NCBI GenBank assembly: GCA_009103225.1
Contig: RHPI01001960.1
Span: 32,366 to 59,230 of the forward strand
From: Chlorokybus atmophyticus
Lineage: Eukaryota > Plantae > Mesostigma and Chlorokybus algae
Length of the DNA stretch: 26,865 nt
Reading direction: 5' to 3'
In this document: piece after piece, positions 10,017-20,072 of the stretch
How positions within the stretch are numbered: position 1 is the first letter of the stretch
How the letters are laid out: every line of letters starts with the position of its first letter
The notes under the pieces: generated by a model
What the model saw: the letters and a program-made list of their open reading frames with translations, nothing else
Told to the model about the DNA's origin: nothing
Databases searched by the model: none
Translations under genes and position numbers: made by a program

Positions 10017-10411
10017 TGTTGAAGATATTCCTACATCCGGACAGCCTGCCCTGTATACAAGAGAAGAGACCTCAATGGGAGGACCTTGAAGACTCCGGAC
10101 ATGAAGGTCCTGGCGCGGACTGCAGAGAAGGGTCCTAAGAGAATCGTCATATCTCCTAGGATACTCAATCTTATAAGACGTGGCATAGCTTGTTACAAAG
10201 CTTGTCAAGTTAGCTACGTGGCATATTTTGCAGCGTAGGATATGGTTAAGTGCATCGGACGCTGCTGCGTGTGGACCAGCAGTGTGTACAAACTGTGTAC
10301 TGACTAGCGGGTACATAACCCCGCGGTCTGTCGGCAATAAAATGGGAAGTGTGTTGCCTTCTCCTGTATGTCATTGCTTGCCCTCTGTGCTTGCATGCTT
10401 GCTTCTCAACA
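10017..10411 (+). repeat. 3' LTR of the host copia (395 bp)
   Basis: TGTTGAAG...TCTCAACA with 6-bp terminal inverted repeats. Unrelated coding-like sequence starts abruptly at 10412. The 5' LTR is not available to confirm the length. Confidence 0.75.
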
Positions 10412-13199
10412 GGCAGGCCATAGTCGACGCGTAGACATCCTCTCGTCAAGTTGCTCCAAGAAGTTCAAGATTATAGGCATGGTCAGCAACATCGCATCAA
10501 ACATTGAAGTGATGTTAACTTCACGGAGAACTGTAGCCTCGCACTGAATGCCAGTGTAGTGTGCATCCCCGTTGTGGTAGATGTTAAGGAGATTAGCCAG
10601 CGCATCCTCCCAGCCTTGAAATCCCTGTCCACCTGCTCTGCTGCGCTGATGCACATCCTTGAGCTGGATTGAGCGCTGCATGAAGTGATGTTGTCATGCC
10701 GCACCCCCTGTAAATCTGATGGTCCAGCCGGCAAGCATCTGAGACAGACCACTAGCCAGCACGTCGTCACGCGTAACCTTACAAGTTTACAAAGTTGTTC
10801 ATCACCAGGCGTGCCCATTCCCGAATGGTGTTGATGAAATCATGCGCAAGGTGACGTTGAAGCTGCTTGCGTTGTTGCTGAAGCTGATCCTGCAACTGCT
10901 TTTGTTGCTGCTGCGCATGCTGCCGGTGCTGCTGAAGCTGTAGCTGCAGCTCCCACGGCTTTTTCTGTTGTTGTTGCAGTGGTTGCGGGAGCTGTTGTTT
11001 GAGATGGTCTACCTCATCGTGGAGGGCTTCCTTCTTCGTCTTCGCTTGATTGTACTTCCCATCTGCGCAATCGTACTGGTCCAGTAGTTTTTTAATGCCG
11101 CTTGAAGGCTGTCAAATGCCTCTTGTCTAGGCCGCTCGAGTGCAGCGCAAAACTCCTTTAATAGCATTTGCAGCCTGTTAACGTCTCTCTGCGTGTCCTC
11201 CAACTGTTGCTGCACCTCTCCCAACTGCTTCTCTGCTCACTCTGCTCGCATTATCACTTCATTAACAGCCCCAGTGTTGAACTACGCATGCCCCAATTGT
11301 TGCTCAAGCTCTCACTTGCGGGCTCACACCTCGTTCGACTGCTTCTCTGCTCGCTCAGCTCTCTCTGTCATTGCATTGACAGTCTCAGTGTTTACAGCCT
11401 CACGAACAGGTTGCGCCGCTTGCTGCTGCAGCTGGAGTAGCTATTCCCTTGTACGTCGCAGCTCTTCACCAAGTTTGACCGCCTGACTTGAAGAGGACTC
11501 CAGCTGCTGCACCCGTTGCAACAGGCTGGCATTGCGCTGATGGTACTCGTGAAGCACCGCATCGGTGGAGCGCCAAGGGTTCTTTGCCTCTGCTGCCCTG
11601 GTGGTCATCGTTGCATTTAATGCTGCAACTTGCAGCTGTGCTTAACGCAACCGCCGGCGCAGATAGTCAACCTCAGCATTGGACTTTGCTGCCAACTCAA
11701 TTTGCCGCCGCAGCTCCTCAACATTGGATGCCGCTCCCTTTGCTACAGCTCCTGCAGCTGCTGCCGCAGCAACTTTTCTTCACGAGTGTAGTTGTCAGCC
11801 AGCAGCCTACGCTGCCAATGCGACTCCTCCAGGTTGTTGAGAGCACATTCAAGTTGCTCCTTGCGCATATAATTGAACTTGCGTAAGGACTCGTGTAAGA
11901 CCATGTGACTAGTCTGTGCCCGCTCGTTGGCATCCTACAGCGGCAAAACAAGAAATGAGTCCACACACAAGCCATTGAAGCATTGCCAACATACATTAAA
12001 CTCTGCGATAGTCATCAATGCAAACCATTAAGGATTGTCATTAGTTTGTGCCCATGCGGGCACCAACCGTATGCTGCAAGCCCTTGTTGACAGCCCACAT
12101 AAACCAACAACTACTGTCAAGTGTGTAATAACCGTACCTTTGCTGCAGATGCCAGGTTTTGCACGGCTTGTAATGCAGCGTCGAGGTCGGCGGCGTGCAG
12201 GCTATCGACTTCTTGCATCTTCACAAGCGCCTCATGCTCAGCGCCGGGAGTCAGGTCTTGGGTGACATTTTGCAGAGGTAGAGGAAGCCGGCCCTGCGGC
12301 GTACTTGGTGTTAGCGTATTTGCTGGTGGTGTCGAACCTGCGACAACTTTTCGTAGACGTTCTTTAGACGAAGAGCCTGGCAGCTGCAAGGTTGACAGCT
12401 GCAAGGTCCCGGTAGAGGTGGACTGACCAGTTGATGGCGTGGATAATTGTGGAGTTCCTTGTGTGGCTGCTGGCAGGTCCTGGCGCTGCTTTTTTGACGG
12501 TGGTGGAGTAAGAGGAGGGGGACCTTCTGTTCTCCTGGCAGGTAGCTTGGGACTGTTAACGTGGAGAGTCTGGGGCTGGCGTACTAGTGCCAGCTTGCGT
12601 ATTGGTACCAGGGGGAGGTGCCGGTGGGCCATGGGGATTGTGAGGGGGAGGGGATGGTGGGCTATGGGGATTGTGAGGGGGATTGCGAGGGGGACTATCC
12701 TTTGGCCTGTCAGAGTGCATGGGCCTTGGACGCATGTTGGCGCGCTCGAGCCACGTCCACAGGGGATGCGACTTTATCTCTGTATCACTCATGGGGTTCG
12801 TAGGTACAGGCCTAGCAGACACCGCCTGAGCCGCAGTGGAAGGCTCCGTCATGGCTTCCAATGCACGTGCTGCATCTGCCTCCTCCTTCTTCTCCTCGTA
12901 CTCAACCTGCTGATTGACGATGACACGCAGCGCGTCTTGCATCGTCTCGGAGAGGAACTTCTTCCGGCCTTTGTGAAGAATAGCCATTATCTTCTTCTCC
13001 CAATGCTTTTCCCTTTCCTCCCGCTGAAGTTCAAGCGATACAGCCTACCGGGTAAAAGCTTTCTTTGTGGCAGCGAGGCCAAGTGTCTGAGCTTGGTGCG
13101 CCTCGACAGTCTTGGTGTAGATGGCGGCCATTGTCTCCTGCAAACACTGGTAACAAGTTAGGGCTCTGTGTGGAATGTTTGGTGGCCTACATGGCAACG

Positions 13200-13227
13200 T
13201 ATATATATATATATATATATATATATA
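13200..13227. repeat. (TA)14 microsatellite in an intron
   Basis: Read directly from the sequence. It lies inside intron 13238-13138. Confidence 0.95.
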
Positions 13228-13873
13228 CTGGTACGTACCCTAAGCAAATTTTCTTGTTTAATCCGTAGCTCTAAGTCCCTAATGACTTGTTTGTGGTCGT
13301 CTACTTGTCTGTTTGCTGCCTCTTCCATTTCATGGGCAGCGTCATGCACAGCTTTACAGAAGTGAACAGCTATTTGGCGCTGAACATGAGCTTTCGGGTC
13401 TATCAGTTGATGGACGTGCATACTCTATTGGTTGTTGGCATGCAATCCGCGGTACAGTTCACGATTTGCATGCCAACTGCAGCATGTCAGAAGGGACTGT
13501 CAATATATATGCACTGCCTCGCTACAAGAGTACATAACTTACCATTGTTTTGGTGCGCTTCAGCTTGACAGGAGGGGTGAGCAACCGCCTGAAATACGCC
13601 CTGACACTCTAGCCCGGCTTTCTTAGCGCCTTGCTCGTTACCAGCCACATAGCGTCCTCCATGGGCAGCCCCCAGCTATATACGAACTTCTGCGCAACAT
13701 CTTCCATTTTCCACAATTGGGTCTGCAACTAAGAGGCCAATCAGTGTCCTGTATCAAATTGACAATTTGCATTTACAGTCAAACATGGACAGCTGTCCAA
13801 CAAGCAAGCTAACAAGCATGCATCAACCACTTACTGTGTCTGTCTGCCCATCAGGTGGCCCACGAAAAGGGTC

Positions 13874-14350
13874 CTAGTCCAGTAGTAGCTCCTCTCCTGC
13901 CTGTATGTCCTTGATCGCATACACAGTAACCGCTGGCTTGCCGGCGCCATTGAAGTCCGACCAGAGCCTGGCGTTGGGCTCATGTTGTTGCCCGTGTACG
14001 GATTTGATGTAAGCTGCCACATTGCCAGTGCGGGGGTGGCCATCGATGACAACCTGATATTTGTTTGGTGTGTTTGGCAGGAACAGGTTGACGTAATATC
14101 GTATATGGTGTTGAAAGCCGGTTGTTAGCTAGCAACTGCGGAAGACATCCCGCTGCTCATGGTATGTGTGCATTTGCCGTCGCATGGCATCAGGTTCTCC
14201 TCTGCAAAGATGTACACTGGTCATCGGTCATAAGCACACAGGTGTACATACAAACACATCGTGCGTATACATGTGCACGCACCGTTCCCTATGTCCAGGC
14301 GGGCGAACAGTCCCAGCCCAACACCAGTAATTGTGGAGTCCTTGATCTCC
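13874..14350 (-). pseudogene. SET-domain (lysine methyltransferase-like) remnant
   Basis: N-terminal motif EIKDSTITGVGLGLFARLDIG; then, after an 81-nt intron and frameshifts, VVIDATP..GNVAAYI...PNA...VYAIKDIQAGEELLLD*. The expected Tyr of GEELxxDY is a TAG codon. Confidence 0.85.
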
Positions 14351-14576
14351 CCATTGTGCAGGTGATACTTGAACTCCTCTTTTACCGGAATGCTTGTGGA
14401 TGCTTTTACATCCTTCAAATAGTTTAGCCGCCACAGCTGGTGCTTGACTCCAGCTCCACGATGGATGAGCTTCAGGTTGGGAATCTCATTGTCAGTGTGT
14501 GTGAAGCAGTGGTCGGTTGCAATGCTTTGAGAGCCACACTGATTATAATAGTCTTGCTTGACAGTCCTTTAAGCAA

Positions 14577-14598
14577 GGGGGGGGGGGGGGGGGGGGAN
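14577..14598. other. G20 homopolymer with an adjacent ambiguous base (N at 14598)
   Basis: Read directly from the sequence. This is probably a low-quality or joined assembly position within an intron. Confidence 0.9.
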
Positions 14599-15861
14599 AT
14601 ATGCTTACCCTCAAGTTGTCGTCCGCAAGGTTGGGTGGCTATGTGGTGCCCGTGGAACTGTAGCGTTATACTTCAAACCTCTGCATCTCTTGAAAAGCTG
14701 CACGGAACTCTTCTTTGGGATCCACCGCAGGTCCTTTGCCGTGTTGCTGTGCGGAGGATTTACGCAATAATGGACTTGTTGAGACATCTGCAGTCTCCAC
14801 CGAGTCTGCCTCCTCCCTTACTTTCAACTCTTGTTGTTGCTGCTGTTGTTGCTGCTGCTACTGCATCTGCTGCTGCTCCTGCAGCTGCGCCTCTTCCACC
14901 ACCAGCTGCGTTTGGCGAGGCAAAAAGGTATACTGCCTTGACAGCCGTCCCGCTTCGTCCCACATTTGTTGCATCTGTAACCTTGGGTTAGTTTGCATGG
15001 TGCGATGATTGGTGTAAAACTGCATCCACTCACCCATCCTGTGATGGCCATGACTTCTGCCATTTTGTTGTACTTCAGCACCGCGACCCTTGGATGAGGG
15101 TGGGCCGGGTATTAATTGTTCAGCTTATACGCTGCCGTTGAGTTTTTCGTGCAATGGAATATATAGCGCAAATGTAAGTTGATAACAAGGTTTGTAGAAC
15201 AAAATAACACCATGCATAACAGGTGACATGCACAGGTTCCCAGCAGCGACTGTCCATGCGCTGCGCGATGCGCCATACGGCACAGAGCATTGACAGCCTG
15301 GGCATGTCGTAAACAATTTTAATTGTTGAACGTTTTTACCTTGATAGCTTTCCAGAGTTCAAGCCCCATAGACTTGCACGCATCCTGGTCCTCCCTACCG
15401 CCTCCGTTGTTGATCACGCGCACGACTCGGCACACCTGCGTGTTGAAGTGCTGTCCGATTTTGGTGGGCTTGGTCTCTCCCCCAATTGGTTGACCCCTTG
15501 CATGACGGTGACCAGCTTGCACATTGCACAAACAGAACGGGCAGCCTCAATTAAACGGCGACCCTGTGGACCGCCTTCTGTCGGGTCGAGGGGAGTCAAG
15601 GGTCACGCTGTCCCGAACAGCTGCATGGACAGCCATGCTGTGCTGGACATGCTGCTGCGCCACCTGTGCAACGTGCAGCAAAAGAAAAAGATGACCCCAA
15701 CCCTCATGGTGACAAGTGCTCTGAGCAGCTGGTCTGCTGCTGCTGGGTAGTACGGGCAAGGTGGAGTCAGTGTCCTCCCTAGTGTACATGCTGTAGCACA
15801 CAAAGTCAACAAGCCACCCCCCCTGGGCTCGGGGGGAGGTTCCAGCTCCAGAGCTCAGCTG

Positions 15862-16398
15862 CTAGCGCAAGTGAGGAGGGCCGTTGGTACGGCAATCGTC
15901 GCACCAATACTCCTCCATAGGTATCGCGTCCGGAGGTGGCTCCAGGCAGTAGCAATGCAAGCCCTTGTTGCAGCCATCGCAGAGCATCATAAGTGCGTCG
16001 TCGCCGGCGCTGCCGCAGCGTTCACAGCGTGTGCTGCGCGCGGGACGAGGGTGCTGGATATGCCCGAAGCCGGCTACATAAGGAAGGTGACATGGCGCAC
16101 AGTTCACTATGTTGTCCTTCAACCTCTCTCCATTTTGACCAAGGAGGCCCAGCACCCCTGTGGGGTACACTTTGAGTACCTTGTAGACGGTGCGGCCTAC
16201 GGAGGCGTCAAGCGTGTCTTTGGTGGCTGCCATGCGATAGGCACCCCGCTTGGAACCGCCGTGGCGCTCCTTGTAGAAGTCGCTGCGTACGCGCTCGTAG
16301 CGCAGCGTGTCGCGATGCTGCGCGATACGCAGGTTGTTGAAGGCCATGGGGACGGTGCGCTCGAAAAGCGCGGCGCGCGTGGTGATGTCGTGGTGCAT
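15862..16398 (-). pseudogene. Integrase C-terminal extension ending in a PHD finger
   Basis: C4-H-C3 pattern CERC-x11-CDGC-x4-H-x2-C-x14-CDDC (16026-15892), in frame with the integrase after a TAG at 16401-16399. Confidence 0.9.
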
Positions 16399-17130
16399 CT
16401 AGTCAGGGTCGTCGAGGTTGTTCACGACGCGATCCACCTCCTGCTGCGCACGGAAGGGGAGCAATGGTGGTCGCCCGAACAGCAGGTGGTACGGGCTGTA
16501 CTCCCGTAGAGCTGCCTGTTTTAACAATCGATATCCGAGGGCCACCCACGGGAGGTGATCATCCCAAGTGTTCTTCTCGTACTCAAGCACGTACTTGCGG
16601 AGTGCCTTCTTGATGGTCTGTACTGTACGCTCCGCGAGGCCGTCGGCTTGAGGGTGATCACGTAAGGTACGGCGGTGGTCGATGTAACATTTGTCCAAGA
16701 GGGTGTCAAATTCCCCTCTGAACTCAGTACCTTGGTCAGAGATGACCTCGGCGCAGCTGCCAAATCGGCTGAGAACGTGAGAGAGGAAGGCTTGAGACAC
16801 CCCCCTGCTGCTCTTGTCGGGTAATGGTACCAGCTCCACCCATTTGAAGAAGTGCTCGATCATGACCAGAATGTACCGGTTGCCACGCGCTGAGGGTGCC
16901 AAATCCCCCAATATGTCGAGTCCCCATCGGTAAAGGAGTCCGGAGATGGGGAGTGGGTGCAAGGTGGCGCTACGCGTGTTGAGGCTGGCGCGCACCATGT
17001 CACACTGTTGGCAGTGGCTGACGACCCCCTGCACCTATTTTGTTAACCCATACCACCAATATTGTGCCCTCACTAGGCTGACTGTGCGCTTGACACCGCA
17101 GTGTCCAAGCTCAGTGTGGAGGGAAGTGAT
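16399..17130 (-). pseudogene. pol: Gypsy integrase (HHCC zinc-binding region and DDE core)
   Basis: LHTELGHCG...YWW...CQQC; RWGLDILG; VISDQGTEF; HPQADGLAERTVQTIK; YSPYHLLFGR. Confidence 0.93.
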
Positions 17131-18900
17131 GATGCCCTCGCGCGTGACCCGGGTCGGCACTTCCTTGTCTTCGTCGTGGAAGCGGCGATACAGCTTGTCA
17201 CCTGCCCATCGATAGTGACGGGTGCGTTGGTTGACTTGGTCCTTCTCTCGAGCGCTCATGCCGGAGGGAAGCTGGCCACTTTGAAGAAAGGAGAGTGATG
17301 GCTTGTCCTGCCATATGTCCTGCCTGGTGTCAGTGGGCGCCAGCTCTGTGTCATCGACGTCAATGTCGGCTGCGTGGGCGTCTCCCAAGGGTGGGGTTGT
17401 AGCAGGGTCTGTCGGCTCAAGGGCAGGAATTTCCTTTGCTATTGCTGAGGCCGTGGTGTTGGTCTTGCGCCCTGAGAGCAACGCGGTAGCAGCAAACATG
17501 GCTGCCATGGTGGGGGCTGTTGCTGCAGGGACGAGCTCATGCCGAGCTCCAGTTGCGTCGTTGGTGCTGAGGTGAGGGTTGCGACTGAGGCCATCTGTGT
17601 CTTGGTTGGTGAGGCCAGTGCGGTGGTCGATCTCGAAATCGTATTCCTGCAACAGCAGGGCCCATCGAGCAAGTTTCCCTGTATGATGTTGGTTGGTCAT
17701 CAGCCACTTTAGGGGCTGATGATCGGTGATCAGTTGGAACTGTTGACCAAAGAAGAAAGGTCGGAAGAAGGAGATGGCCCACACTGTAGCGAGGCACTCC
17801 CCTTCGTAGCTGCTGTAGTTGGCCTCGGCGCTGTTGTTGCTTCGGCTGGCGTATGACACCACCCGCTCCTTCTTGTTCTCATCGTGCTGCACCAGCACCG
17901 CTCCCATCCCCAGCTTGCTCCAGTCGGTGTGAAGGATGAAAGGCTTGGCGTAGTCCGGACGTTGAAGGATGGGAGCGCTGGTGAGCCTGCTCTTCAGCTC
18001 CTCGAAGGCCTGCTGTTGCGGCTCCTTCCATGTGAACTCCACCTCTTTCTTCAGTAGCTCGTTGAGGGGCCTGGCGATCTTCGCGAAGTCCTTTACGAAC
18101 CGGCGATAGTAGTTGGCAAGTCCCAAGAAAGCGCGCAGACGTGTGAGGTCTGTCGGGGCAGGGATAGCTGCCAGAGCCTCTACTTTTGCTTGCTGCACAT
18201 ACACACCATGGGGCACAATCATGTGCCCTAAGTACGGCACCTTGTGGGTGAAGAAGGTACACTTGTCGGGGTGTACGGTCATCCCCACTCCCTTGAGTCG
18301 TTCCAGCACCGCTTCGATGTGCTGAAGATGCTCCTCGTTGCTGCGGCTGAAGATGAGGATGTCATCGATGTAGCACCGCGCGCAGTCCAGTCCCTTCAAG
18401 GCCTTGTCCATGACGCGTTAAAACTTGGCGGGGGCGTTCTTCATCCCGAACGGCATTACCTTCCATTGGTACAACTGTTGGTTGCCCCAGAAGGAGGTCT
18501 TGTCCTCGTCCTTGATGGCAATTTGGTTGTACCCTTGACGCATGTCCAGGATGCTGAAGACTGTGCAGTCTCCCACATCATCAAAGATACCCTCCGCTGT
18601 GGGCATGGGGTACCTGTCTTGCTTGGTCTTGTTGTTGAGGGGGCGATAGTCGCCACACATGCCATGTCGTTCTGTCCAGTTGCCTGCTGAATCCTTCTTC
18701 AGTGGCATGACAGTTGCTGCTGCAAAGTCCGATGTGGACTCTTCGATAAGGCCTGCATCAAGCAGCGCCTTACATCTTTGTTCCACCAGGTCCTCTTCCA
18801 ACTTGGAGAGCCTGTACTGTCGCCGGAACACCGGCTCAGTGTCCACCAGCTCGATGTCCATCTGGTACACTGGGCACGTCCCTAATTCCTTCACATTGAA
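17131..18900 (-). pseudogene. pol: Gypsy reverse transcriptase and RNase H
   Basis: DYRPLN...DRYPMP...LDMRQGYNQI...VMPFGMKNAPAKF*RVMD...YIDDILIFS...YLGH; FILHTDWSKLGMGAVL; YASRS; ECLA; LITDHQPL; HRTG..NQDTDGLSR. Confidence 0.95.
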
Positions 18901-19179
18901 GCTGAATTGGCTCCTCCATTGTTGAGGAGAGCCTTCAGCTTCTTTCAAGTGTCTTCTATGTGGCCAACGGGCCAATGGCATGGTCCCAGGAGGTGGCATT
19001 GGCGACCACGGGAATGTCCTCTACTGTCACTGCTGCTTGCTCCACCATGTGGACCACCTCGAGGGCTGTGTGAGCTGCCTTGGTGTCGGCTACGCGATCA
19101 GCCCACCCCCCAGCCAAGTGTTCAAGATCCTCGAAGGACACGTGGCGGTCCTGCAATGCGAAGCTCAGCTCCAGCAGCC

Positions 19180-20039
19180 ATACCATGCTGTTCTGGTCCA
19201 TGGCGCGGCCAAGCAGCTGGCATTGCTGACTATCTGTTAGCGATGAACCCGTGATGCTGTTAGGGAAGAATCCCATGGCGCGTTCACGTTCGCGTGAGTT
19301 GGGTTCCTCCAACCTGTTGGTGGTCGCATCAGACACCATCCCGTCACCACCGTTCCGGAATGCATAGGAGCCCGGGTAGGACACCAATGTGGGCAGTGCG
19401 CGATGGGGCTGCCCGGGCTGATTGCACGGGTAGAAGTGGTGGTGGTCATGACGCAGGACAGGTTGTGCTGTGCGGCCGGGGTCAAGGATGTTATCGACCA
19501 GCAGGTTGCGCGGCCGAGCGCTGCGCGTGTATTCTGCGGTCATGAGTTCTTCCACGGTGGCCAAGTTTGTCCACTTGGCACATACACGATGTGCGCGCGA
19601 GCCATGTCGTGCAGCGTTAACCTTGAGTGGGTGCCCCAGAATGGAGCAAACTTGTCGGTAGCTGGAGGCCATGTGCGGACGCCTGTCGTCTTTTGAATGC
19701 ACATTTTCGGTGATGTACCCCAGGGGTCTGGAGATCTAGTGGTGTTGAAGGAGGTGGATGATTCTCATCAGCTCCCAAAACAGCCCGGAGCGAGGGTTTT
19801 CGAGGCCGTGCCCCTTGCCTGCCCTGGAGTGCCCTTGGCATTCCCACCCAGCTATCAACAGGTCGACGTTGCCGAGGGACAGTAGGTGATCTTCAGTGAT
19901 CAGCCGGATGTCTTGTGGCAATGCTTTGAGGCTGCCTTGCAACGCCGAGAGGGGTAGTTGACGTGAATACCTTTCGTGCAGTTGGCGTAAGTGGTGTTTG
20001 AGGGCCGTCTGCGCGTGTTGGTCTGGGTCGCAGTAATAT
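19180..20039 (-). pseudogene. C5 cytosine DNA methyltransferase domain within gypsy pol (motif I missing)
   Basis: Motifs in canonical order in one frame: II YYCDPDQHAQ, III LPQDIRLI, IV DLLIAGWECQGHSRAG (Cys at 19840-19838), V RSGLF, VI YITENV (19708-19700), VIII VNAARHGSRAHR..KWTNL, IX ERERAMGF, X LLGRAMD. There is one internal TAG (19738-19736). Confidence 0.9.
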
Positions 20040-20072
20040 CACCGGTAATTCTGGACCCCCCGAAATTCTGAA

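Larger units (their letters stand above)
4340..10411 (+). mobile_element. Ty1/copia LTR retrotransposon, 5'-truncated and decayed, interrupted by a nested insertion at 7013-8943
   Basis: Domain order is gag-PR-INT-RT-RNaseH (the copia order), followed by a PPT and a TG...CA LTR. No 5' LTR, PBS or gag N-terminus was found upstream. Confidence 0.95.
10412..15100 (-). pseudogene. Multi-exon pseudogene: poly-Gln region, SET domain, Pro-rich region and long coiled coil; cut by the copia LTR
   Basis: GT-AG introns that join in phase: 14282-14202 and 13238-13138 (with a CCTAAC branch point). Further donors and acceptors lie near 14608, 13830, 13545 and 11940. A coiled-coil frame reads ...EEKLLRQQLQEL*QRE...ERAERAEKQ...EVQQQLEDTQRDVNRLQ, with many premature stops. 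That all exons belong to one gene is an inference. Confidence 0.6.
15812..20039 (-). mobile_element. Ty3/gypsy LTR retrotransposon pol (DNMT-RT-RNaseH-INT-PHD), 5' part missing
   Basis: The order RT-RH-INT is the gypsy order. RT through PHD is a single frame (18999-15862) with only three internal TAA/TAG stops. A PPT-like AGGGGGGGTGG precedes TGTTGA at 15811, a candidate 3' LTR start that cannot be confirmed. gag and protease are absent from the window. Confidence 0.93.

Noticed and set aside
12439-13161. 240-aa + strand ORF, and other long antisense ORFs such as 15871-16509 and 18244-18690
   Set aside because: They are shadows of minus-strand coding sequence with no motifs of their own.
15324-15811. 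Defined 3' LTR for the gypsy
   Set aside because: There are several possible TCAACA ends (15441, 15408, 15324), the interior looks exon-like, and there is no 5' LTR to compare.
5890-19740. Alternative nuclear genetic code (TAA/TAG = Gln, as in some ulvophytes)
   Set aside because: The same ORFs also carry frameshifts, CGA-to-TGA stops and apparent C-to-T missense changes. The copia pol ends at a TAA just before its PPT, and a TAG replaces the SET Tyr. C-to-T decay explains the pattern more simply. Conserved expressed genes would settle it.
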